Origin: a virus | IMG/VR virus record: IMGVR_UViG_3300020125_000155 | Location: 1-64,000 of that record | DNA: 64,000 nucleotides | Reading direction: 5' to 3' (one strand) | In this document: positions 60,673 to 64,000 of the stretch, in pieces | Layout of the letters: each line of letters begins with the position of its first letter | How positions within the stretch are numbered: position 1 is the first letter of the stretch | The notes under the pieces: generated by a model | What the model saw: the letters and a program-made list of their open reading frames with translations, nothing else | Database searches by the model: none | Told to the model about the DNA's origin: nothing | Made by a program: the position numbers and the translations under genes

Positions 60673-61952
60673 AGCGGAGGCAAGCTGTGGAAATCGAATT
60701 TGACGTGCGGCAGATACGGTTGCGGGTCGCGTGATCTTATACCGTAGAAACTTAACCCGGGTTGTAGCGCGGTAACTTTAACTGTTCGATAGGAGCAAGC
60801 GCCGGGAACGGATATAGCGAGCGTACCCGAATGACTCTCGGGCGGAATGCCGGGCGTACAGCCATACCCCGAAACCTCATCCTCCACCTTAACCTGAGAA
60901 CCCGCCTCTCCCCCGGAGACCAAAATATCGACCGGGCCCATGACGGGAATCTCAATGATGGGGGGATTATCCCACCTAACCTGCGTGCTGCACGCTTCGT
61001 CGGCCAGCCCAAAACCGGCCTTCCAGGCAAAACATCCGTAGCCAAGCGACCACTTGAATCTCCAGTCGCCAGAATAAACCGCGCCGAGACTCGGTAGCTG
61101 GTGCGGGAAGATCGTCCAGGTGTCGCCGTAAAATAATCTCAGCCCCGGGGTGACGGGGAATTCCACCGCACCCTTACGTATCTGTTCCAAATTCCCGGCA
61201 TATTTCCTGAAGGCTTTTTCGTTCTGCAATTCCTTCACGGGCTTTTTTGCCATCATCAAGCCCATTGACGCGATATCTTCTAGCTGAGTTGCTTTGGCGG
61301 GCGTAAGCGCAAGGCTACAAAAGCCGTGCTGGGCGAGCATCCTGTCCCATTGCCAATCGGCTACCAGCATGTGTTCCGAGCCCCGGAAGGCCCAATAAGC
61401 TCCGATATCCACACCCGAAAGCATGGAAAAGGTCTTACGGTTCTCCACCGTCATCCCAGTGCGGTAATGCTGAAGGATCAACTCAGCGGCTTCGCGGGTC
61501 ATAATAATCATCCCCGCGCCGAGATTGTGCATTACCGCATAACCGTCGTGCTGGATGAGGATTCTGTCAACGTAGGTGCGCGCAGACACCGCGCCAACCT
61601 TAAGTCCCGCTCTCTCCCCCTTCTGGAAAAGCGCGATGGTTTTATCGAACCAGTCATCGTGGAGAAGGACATCGTTTTCAACAAGTCCGATATAATCGTA
61701 TGCAACACCTTCCTCTCTTCCGTACTCAAGTAGGGTAGTAAGAGCGCAGACAATGTAGCGACACGACCCACCTGTGAGGACCACCGCCGTTTTAACCTTG
61801 TCGCATTTACTAGCGTGGTACGCTTTACCACCTTCCGTTTGCGAGCCATCGAACCAGAATACGTCATATTTTTTGGGCTCCAATAATGGTTTCAGAGTTT
61901 TTTTCGTCAGGTGCACTCTGTCCTTACTAGAAAAAGCAATGGCTACTCTCAT
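60669..61952 (-). CDS. GT-A-like glycosyltransferase with unassigned C-terminal domain (427 aa)
   Basis: RVAIAFSSKDR, the GLVENDVLL acidic motif and MIIMTREAA. The C-terminal ~180 aa are unassigned. Confidence 0.4.
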   Translation of the reverse strand: MRVAIAFSSKDRVHLTKKTLKPLLEPKKYDVFWFDGSQTEGGKAYHASKCDKVKTAVVLTGGSCRYIVCALTTLLEYGREEGVAYDYIGLVENDVLLHDDWFDKTIALFQKGERAGLKVGAVSARTYVDRILIQHDGYAVMHNLGAGMIIMTREAAELILQHYRTGMTVENRKTFSMLSGVDIGAYWAFRGSEHMLVADWQWDRMLAQHGFCSLALTPAKATQLEDIASMGLMMAKKPVKELQNEKAFRKYAGNLEQIRKGAVEFPVTPGLRLFYGDTWTIFPHQLPSLGAVYSGDWRFKWSLGYGCFAWKAGFGLADEACSTQVRWDNPPIIEIPVMGPVDILVSGGEAGSQVKVEDEVSGYGCTPGIPPESHSGTLAISVPGACSYRTVKVTALQPGLSFYGIRSRDPQPYLPHVKFDFHSLPPL

Positions 61953-62434
61953 ATTGACCCCGCAAACGATCCATACACTTCATTTGCTTTCGCAAGATAA
62001 GCCGCAGCCGCTTTCTCTGGCGTCGAAAAATGTCCGAGATAAATTCTTTGGCCGTCTCTAGAGATTCTAGCCACCCACCTGTCCCCAGATTTAGACACAC
62101 CACGAAATTTTACCGCACCACGCGGCGGCGAATTTATTTGATTCTCACTTCGGTCTGATTCTCTCAGATTGCTAAACACGTTGTCCGACTTAACCCTATT
62201 GATATGGTCGATATCGTTCGCAGGCCACTTACCAGTAACAAACCTCCAAATTATCCGATGTGCCACCAAAACCGTGTTGGATATGCCAACATAAACATAG
62301 CCGTCTGGTTTTATGGTGCCCGCAACCCGACCCGCGCTCCGACCATTTCGCCAACGCAACACGCCTTCTAGCGGGTCATAGCTAAAACGTCGGCGTAAAT
62401 ACTCTTGCGAAAGCCAATCAAAATCTCGCTTCAC
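61949..62434 (-). CDS. HNH-AP2 homing endonuclease (inside sugar cluster)
   Basis: GYVYVGISNTVLVAHRIIWRFVTGKWPANDIDHINRVKSDNVFSNLRES, then FRGVSKSGDRWVARISRDGQRIYLGHFSTPEKAAAAY. Confidence 0.8.
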   Translation of the reverse strand: MKRDFDWLSQEYLRRRFSYDPLEGVLRWRNGRSAGRVAGTIKPDGYVYVGISNTVLVAHRIIWRFVTGKWPANDIDHINRVKSDNVFSNLRESDRSENQINSPPRGAVKFRGVSKSGDRWVARISRDGQRIYLGHFSTPEKAAAAYLAKANEVYGSFAGSI

Positions 62435-63489
62435 GCCGCCCTCGCCTGCATGACCAACTCGACATCATCCATGAACGCCTGCGCCAACTCGTTAGCCTTT
62501 CGTGGGAACCATGTGACGTGAGACAGCGTGTCGTAGATCGAGCGAACCGGATGAACGTCTTTCGGTAAAGCGGGAATGTGATCGAGTACCGTTGCAAGGT
62601 GAACGATATGCTCCATGCCGAACATCTCAGCTTGGAGGTCCTTCACCAAGTCGTGCTGGTTTCGCTGTTGCCACACAAAGGGCTTGCCGAAATGGGTGAC
62701 GTAACCCTTTTCGCGCATGATCCTCTGGCAGATCAAAGACGCAAAGATATCGTCGTATCGACCGAACTGCGGACAGCAGAGGAGGGCGGGGGCAAGCTCC
62801 CGCAGAACTGCCGTATTTTGGGTATTGCAGACTGTCCAAGTGTTGTTATCGACAACGAATCCGGATTGGAACAACTCTGACACGTTATGCACAAAAGGAT
62901 GACGGGAAATCCTATCCACAGCCGATGTGTCAGGATCACCCAGAATAGTTCCTTGGGCCAAACCGATTTTCGCGTTGGTCGTAACCCCAATCGTTCCATC
63001 CGAAAGCTTCTCCTGCGGGAACCCACGTTGAACAACCGGATTTCCCCCGTCCTCTGGGTACTGCCACTGCCCCGCATCAAACCATGACCCTTTCGGGTCG
63101 CCAACAATGAGTCCGTCAAACGGAGCGCCGAACAGCATGGCAAAGTCGGCAAAGTAGGACGGCGAGAGAGGGAAATTATCGTCATCCACGCTGATTATAA
63201 CGTCAGCGCCCCAGCGTAGAGCTTCCAGAAGGGCTATGTTGCGGCGGGTGATTGTGTTCCAGCCGAGTAATTCAGAGCATTTATATTTGCTCTGGTCGCT
63301 AGGCTCCAGCCACGTACAGCCGTCAATCTTGGCGCAAAACTGATAGGCTTCGTGCGGGGTTTTCATATCCCCCGCCACAAAAAATCTCACGCCGAAGCCG
63401 TCGTCGTTAGGCGAGTGCGCCCGGTAAAGACTAAGAACCTTCGGAATGTTTATGGTGGTCGTCACCAGTCCTATTTTCATGCCTTGCAC
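62431..63489 (-). CDS. STELLO/DUF288- or GT75-like GT-A glycosyltransferase (352 aa)
   Basis: IGLVTTTINIP, FVAGDMKTP, RRNIALLEALRWGADVIISVDDDNFP. Confidence 0.5.
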   Translation of the reverse strand: MQGMKIGLVTTTINIPKVLSLYRAHSPNDDGFGVRFFVAGDMKTPHEAYQFCAKIDGCTWLEPSDQSKYKCSELLGWNTITRRNIALLEALRWGADVIISVDDDNFPLSPSYFADFAMLFGAPFDGLIVGDPKGSWFDAGQWQYPEDGGNPVVQRGFPQEKLSDGTIGVTTNAKIGLAQGTILGDPDTSAVDRISRHPFVHNVSELFQSGFVVDNNTWTVCNTQNTAVLRELAPALLCCPQFGRYDDIFASLICQRIMREKGYVTHFGKPFVWQQRNQHDLVKDLQAEMFGMEHIVHLATVLDHIPALPKDVHPVRSIYDTLSHVTWFPRKANELAQAFMDDVELVMQARAA

Positions 63490-63616
63490 CCACTAGCCAA
63501 TTATTCAGAATTTGACGCACCAACTGAGGAGTCGTGAGGTCGCGCTTGTGCGCCTCCTTTTGTATCGCGTGCCACTTTTTGGGTTCGACACGAATCATTA
63601 CCGGAAGAGTTTTCAT
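63431..63616 (-). CDS. Ribbon-helix-helix (CopG-like) protein (61 aa)
   Basis: MKTLPVMIRVEPKKWHAIQKEAHKRDLTTPQLVRQILNNWL. The tail overlaps the start of the downstream GT gene by 59 nt. Confidence 0.5.
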   Translation of the reverse strand: MKTLPVMIRVEPKKWHAIQKEAHKRDLTTPQLVRQILNNWLVGARHENRTGDDHHKHSEGS

Positions 63617-63846
63617 GCTTTACCCACCGGACGGAGTACGAGCATCGTACTTTCGTCATTGCTATACCGACTGTCAGAGGCCCCAAAACGGGCATAATCC
63701 CCGAGACAAATAAAAAACTGCCCGCGCTTAATTTCAAGCTTCCATTCATGCTTATGCAGCAATTCAAGCATCTGCTTTTCCTCATCACCTTCCGGAGTAA
63801 GGGTAATCTGGCGAAGCCCGTCCGTAATAACCAAAGAAATTTTCAT
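63613..63846 (-). CDS. Hypothetical protein (77 aa)
   Basis: ATGA-coupled on both sides. Confidence 0.5.
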   Translation of the reverse strand: MKISLVITDGLRQITLTPEGDEEKQMLELLHKHEWKLEIKRGQFFICLGDYARFGASDSRYSNDESTMLVLRPVGKA

Positions 63847-64000
63847 ACCAGCCTTACCGCTATTGCCTCTTGATGCTGTCTGCCGACAAATTCAATGTCA
63901 AAATAGGTTTCATCCAGCCATTCCCTCACCGCCCGCTGTTCGTGAAGGACATTGCACTCCGCGCCGTCAATCTCGTCAAACAACAGAACCGTACCCTTGC
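63843..64000 (-). CDS. C-terminal fragment of a protein (possibly TylF/class I O-methyltransferase-like); start lies beyond window
   Basis: The frame is open from the window edge: KGTVLLFDEIDGAECNVLHEQRAVREWLDETYFDIEFVGRQHQEAIAVRLV. The hydrophobic-DE/DD-C-A-EW pattern resembles the end of small sugar O-methyltransferases. Confidence 0.35.
   Translation of the reverse strand, partial: KGTVLLFDEIDGAECNVLHEQRAVREWLDETYFDIEFVGRQHQEAIAVRLV

Larger units (their letters stand above)
1..64000. mobile_element. Temperate podovirus-like phage / prophage genome segment (entire window)
   Basis: Integrase plus RHH repressor switch, recombination module, a TerL-portal-scaffold-capsid-tail-lysis operon on the minus strand and many homing endonucleases. 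No host housekeeping genes, tRNA or rRNA recognised. Confidence 0.85.

Noticed and set aside
63843-64000. The right-edge fragment and the left-edge methyltransferase fragment (1..178) join in frame if the window is circularised (…FDVYG-C-KGTVLLFDEIDG…)
   Set aside because: The frame match has a 1-in-3 chance. The fused product (~110 aa) would lack the central half of a methyltransferase fold. The window is an arbitrary 64,000-nt cut, so this is most likely two separate genes, or one gene with a missing middle outside the window.

Overview
The whole 64 kb window reads as one phage or prophage genome segment. I found no host housekeeping genes, rRNA, tRNA or CRISPR array by eye. GC content is roughly mid-50s percent. 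A GcrA-family gene suggests an alphaproteobacterial host (inference).

Layout:
- 1-13 kb: accessory, early and recombination genes. These include an AAA+ ATPase module, a RusA-like resolvase, a GcrA-like regulator, a LexA-DNA-binding-domain-only protein, a YqaJ exonuclease with a Red-beta/RecT-like annealase, and HNH genes.
- 13-14.3 kb: lysogeny switch. It has a tyrosine integrase and a 51-aa ribbon-helix-helix gene that is not in the ORF track, with two TCATATGA palindromes in the divergent promoter region.
- 14.3-17.8 kb: plus-strand block of very small genes. It includes several single-TM micro-ORFs and a (Y/D/S-G)n hexanucleotide-repeat protein.
- 17.8-54 kb: one long minus-strand late operon. 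In transcription order it runs TerL, portal, scaffold, capsid, tail and internal-virion proteins, a 995-aa repeat fibre, a sugar-modification cluster, further fibre-like proteins, a GH108 endolysin, and an unusually large block of exported enzymes and lipoproteins.
- 54-64 kb: small genes and a second sugar cluster. It contains an FkbM methyltransferase, a TPR-glycosyltransferase fusion, an SDR epimerase, a DUF4254-like protein and two further GT-A enzymes.

Seven free-standing homing-endonuclease genes are scattered through the genome: three HNH, three HNH-AP2 and one GIY-YIG.

The most interesting hypothesis is a phage-encoded protein (virion fibre) glycosylation system split over the two sugar clusters. 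One cluster is translationally coupled to a fibre built of Ser/Thr/Asn-rich repeats whose copies are near-identical in protein but almost fully recoded at synonymous sites.

All functional calls rest on motif recognition by eye and gene context. No database search was run.
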